In this document: piece by piece, positions 1 through 17,540 of the stretch
Numbering within the stretch: the first letter of the stretch is position 1
How the letters are laid out: every line of letters begins with the position of its first letter
Source: the human T2T-CHM13v2.0 reference genome, Homo sapiens
Direction: 5' to 3' (one strand)
Assembly (NCBI RefSeq): GCF_009914755.1
Contig: NC_060931.1
DNA length: 64,000 nucleotides
Notes under the pieces: model-generated
What the model saw: the letters and a program-made list of their open reading frames with translations, nothing else
Databases searched by the model: none
Told to the model about the DNA's origin: nothing
Made by a program: the position numbers and the translations under genes

Positions 1-1091
1 CCACTTCTCTTTTTATACAAATTGGTTGTTTACCCTCCTTCTCATGCTCCCTTTAGCCCTTAACATACTAAAGCAGGATCTCAAGCATAGAACCAATAAG
101 GTCTAATTGATGTTTCTTCCTTCATTGCCTAATTTGTCATTTGCCTAATTTGGCTCACCACCAGAGGACGGAAGGAAGCTATTCAAGTTCAATGTGGATG
201 CAGAATCACTCTGTGCAATGGAACAGGAGGGTGGTACATCCTCAGTCAGTGTCCATTCTTTCCTGAGCTCCTGACCCCTTGTGCAGACATCTAGGGAGCA
301 TTCTCCATCTTTGGTTAAGTTCTCTCTTGTTCCCTCCTCTTCCTACATCTCAACCTATAACCAAACCTCCCGAGATTAGCACCCAACCTCAAACGGTAAC
401 CATAAACAAATGGAGGAGGTAAAATTGCAGTCTATGGGTGAGAGTTAAGCATGAAATGGTTGGTGATCATTTTAGGGGGTGATCTCTCAAGGTGCTTAGC
501 AAAGTGTCTTTTGGTGCCTCTGCAAGCTAGGGTGGGAGAGACAGAGAACATTCTGGACCCTTCGTCCTGGCCCAGTGAGGTCTGGGCCATTATAGTCTGG
601 GGATGCTGTCACATCCTCCTGTGCGGGAGAGAACTGTCTACTTGCTATCCTCGGAGTGCTCCCCAGCCCCGCCCCCCATACACAAAAACAAGAGCTGTGG
701 GAAAATAAGTCCTAGTTCACAATACTAGAGAAGTGACTTCAGATATTCTCAGGCTTCTCTTGTGATCCTGTCCCTATGGGGCCCAACTTCCAGAGAAAGG
801 CCCAGACTCAGATTTGCTCAGAGTCAGTCATGGGTTTGGGAATAGAATATGGTTAAATGTCAGGACCGAAGGAAAAGCCCAAGATGCCCAGTTCCTTCTT
901 TAGTGGGAGAGATGAGCCCAGGGAAGAGGCCCTCCATGTGGTCATGCCTGGTGGTGCCCACTTGAGAATGGCATCCAATGACTGCTCAGCCAAGTGGAAT
1001 AAAAGGACGAAAATGGAGCTCTTCATTAGTGTGAGTGTGGAGACACATAATGGAGACACATAACCACAGAGAAAACCGCAGGACGGACTAG

Positions 1092-1097
1092 TTTACT
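1092..1097 (-). terminator. Candidate NOBOX polyadenylation signal, variant AGTAAA
   Basis: I found no AATAAA on the minus strand below the stop. AGTAAA lies about 315 nt after the stop and is followed by a GU-rich tract (TTTTCTCTGTGGTTATGTGTC). Confidence 0.6.
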
Positions 1098-1410
1098 GCT
1101 TACGGTGGACACTCCAGCTCATTTGTCAAGCAAGGATAGGAAACAAACAAAAACACCTGATACAACATTCAGAAGTAACACAGGCCACCTGCTTCCTTCA
1201 GGACCCCCACACAGAGTGTGAAGAAAAGGGAAGCGCCAGCCCTCTTTCTTCCTTCTCATATCAACAAGACGAGCCTACACAGGGGAAACGTCTAACTCTC
1301 CCCTCAGTCTACAGAGTCCACACTCTTTCCCAAACCCCCAACCCCTGTCCTCTCAGCGAGCCCAATCCTATCCCACCCAAGCAGCCTCTTTTCACTCTTT
1401 GACCCCCCAA

Positions 1411-1758
<348 letters not shown>

Positions 1759-2345
1759 TCAACTATCATTAACAGTGTTCTACAACAGATCCCCCCGTGC
1801 CCCAACACACATAGACGCAGCTTAGGACCTCAGTGTAAGTCTGGGTCAAACTCTAGCCTCGGGGTCTGTCCTTAGGACCACACAGGCTCCAGCACTCAAG
1901 GTCCTGTGGTTTAGTAACATTGACACAAAGTGAACCATGGATCAGGCCAATGCTGTTTCGTACATGCAACAAGGAGACCAGGAACCACCTGATCTTTCCT
2001 CCCCTTCTGCTAGAATCTAGTCTTAATATGACAGATGTTTCTGGGATTTCAGAGGTCCAAGTGGCCCAGCAGAATATTAGCTGCCATCTACTCTAGGCCA
2101 AATATTTTCACTCCTATTGTATCTAATCCTCACCAAGTCCCTCCCTGACATAGAACTGTGAGTCCCATTTCAGAGTCCCAGAAACTGAGACTCAGGAGAG
2201 CTAGTAACTGGCTGAGCTGGACTTCAAGCCTGTTTTCCTGATGCCAAACTCCAGAGTTCTCTGCTAACTCTCACTGTGCTCTGCAGCCTCTGCAGAATTC
2301 GAGGGAGAAGAGCTTAATAGAACTAGGGGCAAACAGAAGGATTCA

Positions 2346-2915
<570 letters not shown>

Positions 2916-3119
2916 CTAGCATCTTACCCTTGTTTCTGCTCTATTGCTGTGATCCCCCAGGTCATTCCCCAGATCCCCTTATCCCTTTCATCCCCATCTC
3001 CTGTACCACTCTGTGCTCCTCTCAGTTAACCCTCTCCTCTCTGTGTCTATCTTCTCTCCATCTACACCCCCCTACCCCCACCCAGATAACTAGAGTGACC
3101 TACCCCCGTAGGTTCCTTA

Positions 3120-3485
<366 letters not shown>

Positions 3486-3529
3486 TCACTCCCACCTCCA
3501 TCAAACAAGGCCTGTCTTCACTATCTTTA

Positions 3530-3712
<183 letters not shown>

Positions 3713-3890
3713 TCATTGCCAGGAGAGACACCAATTCCCAAACTCTGCCTCCTACAGGGCATTGGCAACTTCCCGATCCCATGGCAGCCAAAATCCCTCT
3801 AAATCTTAGCTGGCAACCCTAGGACTCATGCCTAGCCTTCCAATGGTCTCCTTCTAGACCCTCAGGATCCCAGCTTGGACCCCACTTCTA

Positions 3891-4034
<144 letters not shown>

Positions 4035-4280
4035 CTATGGGGGGAAAGGTGCTTGAAGAACTGGAGAAGAGGGGCAGAGACTGAGGCTTAGGTCCTGGCT
4101 GTTGCACAAGGAGCTACAGGACTTTGGAAGGTCACTCCAGCACTCTGCTTCTGAGCCCTCCGTCAGGCTGGTTTTATCAAAAGTCTCTGCAGTGCCTTCC
4201 TCTCCTAATGCTCTCAGGCTGTGGCACTCTGGAAACAGTCAGGGACACAGCCACGTCTGAGGCCTCAATTCAGCTCCTAC

Positions 4281-4483
4281 CCAGGCTACCGCTGAGCGCT
4301 CACTCTGCAATTCGAGTGTTTCAATGGTGGGCCCTCCGCCACTCCACCCTGCCACCAGTGAGCCGGCCCCCTTTACCATGATGCGCTGGGGGGTCACCCC
4401 CACCGTCTGGGCAATCTCTCGGCGTTTATCACTGTCAGGATAGTGGTCTTCTTGGAATATCTTCTCTAGCTCCTCCAGCTGAT
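4281..4483 (-). CDS. NOBOX: NOBOX exon 5, homeodomain helices 1-2. The long form ends at 4281 and the short form at 4377.
   Basis: Acceptor CTTTCAG. Two in-frame donors, ATG|GTAAAG (4376) and TGG|GTAGGA (4280), lie 96 nt apart. Confidence 0.95.
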
Positions 4484-4538
4484 CTGAAAGAAGAAGAAAC
4501 TTGTGTGAGGAGGACAAATGCCAGTGACAGGTAGGTGA

Positions 4539-5027
<489 letters not shown>

Positions 5028-5115
5028 TGATAACCCAACCTTCCCTCTGAGGGTCAGAGATAGTTGCACTACCGCGGCCCAAGAGAGAATCCGGGACGAA
5101 GTGACATACAAACTA

Positions 5116-5871
<756 letters not shown>

Positions 5872-5914
5872 TTAATTTGTCTACCTATCAAATGGGGTAA
5901 TAATTCCACACTTA

Positions 5915-6460
<546 letters not shown>

Positions 6461-6509
6461 CTAGAACTAAAAACCCTACCACTCATCCCTAAAGCTTGCC
6501 TTCCTTTCT

Positions 6510-6690
6510 GTGAGCTGACTGATGCATTGGGAGCTTATCATGTTCCAGGCATGGCGCTAAGCACCTTTCAAAGATTAGCACAGTGCATATTTAATCTCTG
6601 CAAGAACGGCACTGCTAATATTCCCTTCTAACAGATGAAGAAATGAGGATGAGACAGCAGAGTAATATGTCCAAGATCACACAGCACCCT
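6510..6690 (+). mobile_element. MIR fragment
   Basis: Core-like text 'ttctaacagatgaagaaatgag...tccaagatcacacagc'. Confidence 0.6.
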
Positions 6691-6919
6691 GAGCACGTAC
6701 TCTGTGTACTTAATCACCACATGGAGTCCTTCCTGGGGCCATCAAATGATCCCCCCACTTTCACCTCCCAACTGACTCATAACTCCAAGAACCCTCAGCT
6801 CAGGGAGCTGCTTTATCATTTCCAACTAAATTGGAACATTTGTAATGAATGCTAAGTAACGACTAAGAGCTACTGTTACTTTAATGAAAATTGCATGAGA
6901 TAGGTCTTAAGGAATAACA

Positions 6920-7224
6920 TTTTTTTTTTTTTTTTTTTTTTTGAGATGGAGTCTCGCTCCGTCGCCCAGGCTGCAGTGACGTGGTGCAATTCTGGCTCAC
7001 TGCAACCTTGGCCCCCTGGGTTCAAGCGATTCTCGTGCCTCTGCCTCCCAAGTAGCTGGGATTACAGGTGTGTGCCACCACACCCAGCTAATTTTTGTAT
7101 TTTTAGTAGAGATGGGGTTTTGCCATGTTGGCCAGGCTGGTCTCCAACTCCTGACCTCAGGTGGTCCACCAGCCTCGCCCTCCCAACGTGCTGGGATTAC
7201 AGACTTGAGCCACTGCGCCTGACC
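6920..7224 (-). mobile_element. Alu (S-type)
   Basis: Poly-T followed by the reverse Alu consensus. Confidence 0.95.
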
Positions 7225-7579
7225 CTAGGAATGACTTTGTAACAGAGTGTCAAGGAAAAAGGTCATGGTCAAGGGTGCTGTTCCAAGTCCTTTCCTAGGA
7301 CACAGGCTGGACCCGACTTGCATGAGAGGGTCTGGGCTGGTGAAGAGGGTGAGCAGGCCTCTATGGAGTGAAGGGACAAAGCTGGCTGGTGGTGTGGGGA
7401 AGCAGGGACAAATTTGTTTTACAGCATTTTAGGAGAGCTTGTACTGTAGCAAAAAGCCTGGTACCCAGCACTGTGGGTGCTCCGTAAGCACGTGTCCTAT
7501 GGGAGTGATGTGCGCTAGTAAGAAGGGGACGGGTGTCAGACCTAAGACTAGAAGGGTCCTGGGGCTCCCAGGGTTCTCT

Positions 7580-8934
<1,355 letters not shown>

Positions 8935-10439
8935 TCACAGGGGTGCAGCCTTATGATTCCTGGTTCACGGAATGTTTCTTACTATCTTTATACAAACAAA
9001 ATCAGAATTTAAAAATTCTTGCCTCTTCTGAGCGGGGAGGGGTAGAAAGTCGGAGGGCTGGTCAGATAGAAACAGGTGCTTGGAGCTGGGTGGGGAGCGG
9101 GGCGGCCTGGAACAGAATCCAGGTGTTTTGCTTTAAGGATTTAAAAGACTCTGGACACCACGTGCTTTCATGCTGAAATCAGCTGTGGGTACATTTTCCT
9201 ATTCCTTTAATTGCCTTGAGGGGCTTGGCCTACACATGTGGACTTTGGAGGATTGTGAGACCTTTAGTTCTTTCTGAAACACAAAAATGTAAACTAACTT
9301 CGAATATGATCAAGACTTCAGGCATCTGCTGTTTCATTCTGATGCCTTCCATAAGGCGGATAGCTTCTGTTTTATGAGGCGTTCAGATAGATGGGGCCCA
9401 GTTTCTGTGCTAGAAATGAAGCATTCCAGGACAAGTGAGCAAGCAGTTGTGGGGCACTGACATTGCTTCCAGGATCATTTGATGGTGAAAAATCAGGACC
9501 ATTTGGTGGCGACATGGTAAATGGAACCCAGGCACGTCCTTGCTCACAGAAGCTTACTGGTGGAGGGGAGATCATCAAATGATCATGTCAGGGTAGTGTG
9601 GTCAGTGGTGAGTTAGAAGTATGAAAGGCTACTATGGAGTACGGAGGAGCAGGAACCCCTTCTGGACTAGGATGGAAGCTTCTTGGAGAAGGCGACACGT
9701 GGGCTATGAGCTGTGGAGTTTACCACATCACAGTCCCGCTTAAAACCTGACAGTGACCCCTGACTGCCAGGATGAACGGCAAGCTCTGACATCTGGGTCT
9801 TTCCCCTGGATCCTCAGCTCCCCTGTGTTGCCCACCTGGGTATTTCAGTGGTGGTGTGTGTATGTCTTTTTTGGCCTAATGTTTCTCAAAGAATGTTCTT
9901 AAAACCCCCTGGATCAGAATTTCTTAGGGAATTTGTTTAAAATGGGGGTTCCAATCCCCAGAAATCTTAATTGGTTGGTCCAAGGAGGTACCCAGAAACA
10001 TCCATTTGAATCCCCTCAGGTAATTTTTGTGCGTTTCAGAGTTTGAGACACTTTTAGACTTTGCAAAAACTAAGTCAGTTAAAAACTATCCTGGGGATAG
10101 GAGTAGGGGCAAGGGATGGTAGGGGCCTGTGTGGGGAAAGGAAATGACCTTTTGCCCTTTACTGAGGTGTCTGCTGCAGTGAGAAGTGGGTGCAATTAAT
10201 TTCTTAACAGATTATCCTGTCACATTAAACTGAAAATAAGTCATCCTTCTCTGCCATTGTTTATGTTGTATTTCCTCTCTCTAGCTGGCTCCCCTCTGCC
10301 AGGGTGAAGGTCAGAAAGCAAAGATCCAAATTGCCCATAGGCTGTATGGCACCCTTCCACAAACTGAAAGATACAGGGTCTGAGTCTACAATAGATTTGC
10401 ATAGGGACTTAGAGAATTTAAAATATTGGCATTTTTCCA

Positions 10440-10846
<407 letters not shown>

Positions 10847-12909
10847 TTATCTAAGATGTACATTGCATGGGAAAATGTCTGGTGAGTTTTGTTGGGAAGG
10901 TGTTGTGTTTTTGATATATCTTGTTAAGTCATATCTTCCATGGATCAACTTCAAGTGAAGGAGGTTTGCTATGGAAGTTAAAATACTGGCTAGAGCAAAG
11001 AGACGGCTCAATTATATAGAGGACAACAAGGTATTGTTTTAGGGGAACTTGGGGCTGTTTCTTCCTAAGTCCTGTTTGGTTGCATTTCATCTTTGTGATC
11101 AGCTGACTAGTTCATAGCCTAACTCAACTTTGTTTAGAGGACAGGGAGGTATTTTTTTTTAATTTTTAATTTTTTTTTTTTGGTTTCTTAGTTTTCAGAG
11201 CTAGACTTTACACCATTACCACCATGCACTTAGCAAGAGTCATTTCTTCCAAAATCTTTTTTTCCCCTCACAGATATGAGAATGCCAGAACAAAAAGAAA
11301 GGTGTCTGATACTAAAAAAAAAGTAGTTAATTTTTTTCAGTCTATGAAGAGTAAGTGAAATAAGTGTTCTTGATCCTTCTCCCTCTCTCTCTATAATGAG
11401 AAAAATAACCAGAAGAAGGCGGCTGATTGAGAACATTTTTTGAAGCAAAACCACAAGGTAATGTGTTCTTGTTCTATGGGCCACACCCCAGTGTAGGCAG
11501 CATCAGGTCATTGGAACACCTAGGACCAGAAAGGCAAGAATAAGTTGTGAAAGACAGGCAGAAATCTGCAGGGAGATTGTAGTCACAGCCAGGGAGATCG
11601 TAGTCACAGCAAGGTATGGGAGGTCAGGGCCCCCGGAAAACCACCAGGAAGAGATGACCTGTCCAAAGCAGAGAGAGCGAAGGGAAGCCTGAGCCAGGCA
11701 CGTGCTCAGGGACCGGCACTGCCAGAGCCCGGGCAAATGGCCAGATGATTGGATAAATACTGGGGACCGATGACAGGGAAAAAGTGAATGGTCCCAGAGA
11801 CTGGGAGAGACACTGGCAACTGCCAAAGTATCTGCCCAGGGGCTTCCTTTGAAATCCCAGAAAAGGATGGTTTCAGGTTGCCTGTGAAGGGAATTAGGAA
11901 CACCTGGCTAGAGTGGAAACTGCCGGGCAGGGCCAGGACAAGTTCTGGCGTGAATTAGCGTTGTAACTTCTAATGCCCTTGCCCCAGACACTCAGGATAA
12001 TCTGCGTTTAACAAGAATGGTGACTGTGTTTTAAACATTCTGCTGCTGCTGCTATTGTTTACGATTAATCGCCACTGCTGGTGTTTTGTAATTTAGAATG
12101 TACTTTCACATCCATTCTAATTCTCCTGATGTGCCTGAGTCTGGGATGCACTTTCTTCTTTCTATTCTATTCTAGTCTTCTCCAGGATTGCAATCGCTGT
12201 GCTAATTATAGCATGGCATTCAAGGACCCCTCAAAACCCGGCCCCAACCTTCACTCAGGCTTCCTCTTTGGCCACCACCACTCCCCTGCCCTGCCCCAAA
12301 GTCTCCCCCACTCTTCCAGGTTTTTGTTCCAAGCTTTTACCCTTTAGAAATCGCCATGCCTTCTCAGGGTCACTGATCAAGCTGTATATCAGCATGAAAC
12401 TTTTTTTTTTTTTTTTTCCTGGCAAAGTCTTACTCATCCTCCAAAACCCAACCCAAATATTCCCTTTCTGGGGAAGCCTGGCTCAGCCTTCCACAGCCAG
12501 AATTAACTGCCCCCTCCTAGGTCCTCCCCTTGTACTGTGTTTACATGTATATTACATCACTGCATACAGGCTGAACTGATTAGCGTTTTGTGTATTCTCC
12601 ACTGGATTGGGAGTTCTTAGATGGTAACATGCATCTATTCAGGCCCGGTGCTTTCTTCTTGCTTTCTAAGTATCAACTCATTGAATTCTAACAACCTATG
12701 AAGTTCTATCATATGATTATCCCCATCTTATTGAAGAAAATGTAGCATAAAGAGTTTAATACTTCTCCGAAGGTGACAGTGGCCACCTCAGATTTGAACC
12801 CAGTTAGTCTGGTTCCTGCCTGCACTCCTAAACACTAGGCTACACTGTTTATTTGATTGTATCCATCACTGTACTGGCATAGTGAATCCCGCATGGGGGA
12901 TGGATCATT

Positions 12910-13260
12910 GTTCAGTGACAAAAAGTTGACCATTGCCAGGAGTTAGGGAGCAGGGGAGGGAAGTGGCTGTGAGTTCAAAAGCGTAGTAGCAGTGATGGAA
13001 CCGTTCTGAATCTTGGCTATAGTGGTGGTTCCACAAGTCTACACACAAGATAAAACTGCACAGAACTAAATACACACCAGTGCATGAAAACTGGTGAAAT
13101 CTGAGTAAGGTCACAGACTGTATCAAAGTCAATTTCCTGGTGTGGTATTGTACTGGCGTGACAGAAGATGTAAAACGGGGAAAGCGTATATGGAATCCCT
13201 GTATTATTTCTTACAACTGCATGTGAATCTACAATTATCTCAAAAAGCAGGAAAAAAGTT
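12910..13260 (+). mobile_element. Old L1M (MC/MD-like) 3' end fragment
   Basis: Text 'aactggtgaaatctgagtaagg...ttacaactgcatgtgaatctacaattatctcaaaa' is typical of L1M 3' UTRs. Confidence 0.7.
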
Positions 13261-14226
13261 GATCCTAGTGTTCTGACCACAAGTTTGGTTCTCCTGGACT
13301 TGGTTAAATATAATTCACAGAAATAATGTTTTGGTATAGTAGCATTATTAACTTTTGCTTAATAGTAACTTTAAAATATAGATTTAAATGATATCTACAC
13401 CTTTAACAGGGGTGTGGGTGAGCAAGCAGGAGAATTTATATCTAATTTGTTCTAAAAGTAAAACAATAACATGTCTCATAATAGGAATGCAAATTTATTA
13501 GAAAAAAGGGTAAATACCGAACAACTGAAAAATGAAGAAGATGCTATTTCTCATCAAACAACAGTATCGGTTATTAACAATTTGGCACATTTCCTCACAG
13601 CATTTTTTCCATTATTGCTGTTTTGTATATGATTTTCATGATTGTAATTACACTCCATATATAATTTCAAGCATGTCTCCCTTAAAATGTACTATGAAAA
13701 GCACAGTTCTGTATTGTTTCAAAGTCTTCAGAATTTATTGAGTGGCAGTACTGTTATTTAACTATTTTTCAACTGTTGGAGCAATCTTTTGAACTTAAAT
13801 ATTATACGTTTTAAAAAATTAAAAAGGCAAATTTGAAATACAGCTTGCATATTTTTCCCTTAATGGCTTTTAAAAAATAAAAACCTCTTCCACTTGGTTA
13901 TTCATCTCCCTCTAGATTTTTTTAATAGTCCCAAACCCATGAGAAGCCATGAGGCTGTTTATTTCACAGGAATAGACAGGCTGCCTGGCTGGCAAGTGGA
14001 TAGCTAAGCGTAACTTCAAGAAGGGGTCCGGGATTCTAAGGTCGTAAACCTGACAGCCAGCAGGGCAGCTTTAGTGAGAGGCAAGAAATGTCCCTGAACA
14101 AGGTATTTTTTCCTCCTTTGGTATCTTGGGTCTGTACCAGTTCTGCTGGTGGCTTGATAGATTTTTCCAATGTTTGAGTCTAGGGTCACTGGCTCCCAAG
14201 AGGGGATGCTCTACCAAGAGTCCTCA

Positions 14227-14463
<237 letters not shown>

Positions 14464-15317
14464 CTAGATCTGTAAAATTGAAGATACTCGAGCTTGTCTT
14501 TAAATATCTCCTTTGCTTGATGTCAATTGAGGGCAAGATCAGTAGTGTGGGTTAGAAGCTGGGAGCAGCTTCCTTTGCACGGAGGAGAGAATGGTGAAAT
14601 ATTAGGCTTGCGTTTAGTGAGGCATAGAGATTAAACAATGATAGCAGACTAGATTGATTACCTGACAAATAATTAGGCCTGCAAAACCTGTCATTCCGTT
14701 GCTTGGAAGGAAGCAATCAAACTGGATAGGCTATGAGATCCAGCCTTTGTTTTGCAAAGGGATTCTGATCGTTTCTGTTTTACAAGCTGCATTGCTGTAT
14801 GCTGCACATGTTATTAAGGTGGTGCAAGGCAGTGCAGGTTGTGAGTGGGCAACCTGGAGCTCAGTCAGGCTCTCATTCAGAGCAGTCCTAAGGAAAAGGA
14901 GAGCAGAGCAACAGAGAGGGAAAAGCCATATTTGGAACTAGAGATGTACTAGATATCACTGGATATGCATTCTTGAGTCAGGAGACCTAGTTTATGATCT
15001 GAGCTCTTAGAGATCCTGCTCCAAGGTCCAGTTCTTCAGCTTCTCGGTTGATGTGGGCTCCTGAGCAAGGGAAACACATCTCTCAAACTTAACCTGATTT
15101 TCAAACTGAATTCCTGATTCCCACCCGCAAACTTGTCACTCCTCCTGTCCTCCCGATCTTTGTATCCTCCACCCAGCTGGAATCACCCTTGATTTCTCTC
15201 TCACACACAGCATCTATAGAAACTGCCAGATTATTCCTGTTGCCCTCTTTTTACTCCCAGCCCACTGTCACCCATTTTCCAGAGATTTGCATGTGAAAGT
15301 CTTAAAATGTAAATTAA

Positions 15318-15618
15318 GGCCGGGTGCGGTGGCTCACGCCGGTAATCTCAGCAATTTGGGAGGCCAAGGCAGGAGGATCATGCGGTCAAGAGACGGAGAC
15401 CATCCTGGCCAACATGGTGAAACCCTGTCTCCACTAAAAATACAAAAAAATTAGCTGGGCATGGTGGTGCACGCCTGTTGTCTCAGCTACTCAGGAGGCT
15501 GAGGCAGGAGAATCACTTGAACCTGGGAGGCTGAGCTTGCAGTGAGCCGAGATGGCGCCACTGCACTCTGGCTACAGAGCAAGATTCTGTTTCAAAAAAA
15601 AAAGAAAAAAAAAAAAAG
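15318..15618 (+). mobile_element. Alu (Sc-like), inserted in L2-like sequence
   Basis: Full dimer. TSD gtaaattaa on both sides. Confidence 0.95.
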
Positions 15619-16619
15619 GTAAATTAAGCCATATATGTTTTTCTCCTATTTGTATGCTTCAGTGATTTTCCAGTGTACTTACAGGAAAATTAAAACTTCT
15701 TGCTGTGGTCCTGTGTGATCCGGCTCCGGTTTACCACCCCAGCTTCATCTCAGGTGACTCTTCTGATCCTTCAAGCACTTGAAATAGATCAAATTTTCCC
15801 ATTTCAAGGTGTTCACATATGCTGTTCCTGTGCTTGGCCAAACTATTCTCTTTGTTCTTGTGATTAGTTCATAGTCAGGATTGAGTTTAAATGGTATCCC
15901 TCAATGTCAAGTCCTTCAGCCACATTATCTGCTTAACATCTGCCTCCTGATACTTTCTGTTTCCATTACAACTCCTAACACAACATATAATTATATGTTT
16001 ATTTGTTTACAATCTATCTCTTTTACTATATTTTAAGTTTCATGGGTACAGAAACTATCCCAGTTTGTTTCAACAATGTATACCTGTGTGTAGGACATAT
16101 CTAGCACAGTGGCTGGGCTCTAAGTGTTAACTGTTTGTTGAATGAATAAATGAACTAATAATGTGGACCTTTTAGTTGGAAAAAAGAGAAAATTATCAGA
16201 TTTATGGCACAAATGGCAGTTTTGGGAAATTCACAATTTGATACATTACAGGTATTTGGTAAGCAGATTAAGTTACAATGCTTCCTGAAAATATGGATTG
16301 GCCATTTTGAGAACTGAAGAATCCAGAAACTAGGGATAAAATGTGGCATTTTAATGTCCATTCTAGAGAATATAATGAGACTTGCATTACACTTTGGTAA
16401 AGTCCATAGTCACCAGAGGCCATTGCTTTTCAGAGGCTGAGAAGAAAAGCAATAGTCAGAGCTACAGCCCATTAAGGCTGTTACAGTCTTCAAAGATGGG
16501 CACAGACAACAAAAAATGGCTTTGTAGGCAACATATAGTTGAATCTTGCTTTTTAAAATTCAGTCTGACAATCTCTGCCTTTTGATTAGGGCATTTAGAC
16601 CACATATAAAAGTTGTTGA

Positions 16620-16938
<319 letters not shown>

Positions 16939-17162
16939 CTATTTGTCACACCTCTTCTTATTTCCTGTTTTCTCCTTATTTTTGAGTCATTGAATATTTT
17001 TATGACTTAATTTTATCTCATTTGTTGGCTTATTGAGTATATTATTGATTTATAAAATTCATTGATTTTTTTTTTAGTGATTGCATTGGGACTTAAAAGA
17101 TATATGTTTAATTTATCAGAATGTGCCTTAAAGTGACATTAAATCACTTCATTGAAATATAA

Positions 17163-17540
<378 letters not shown>

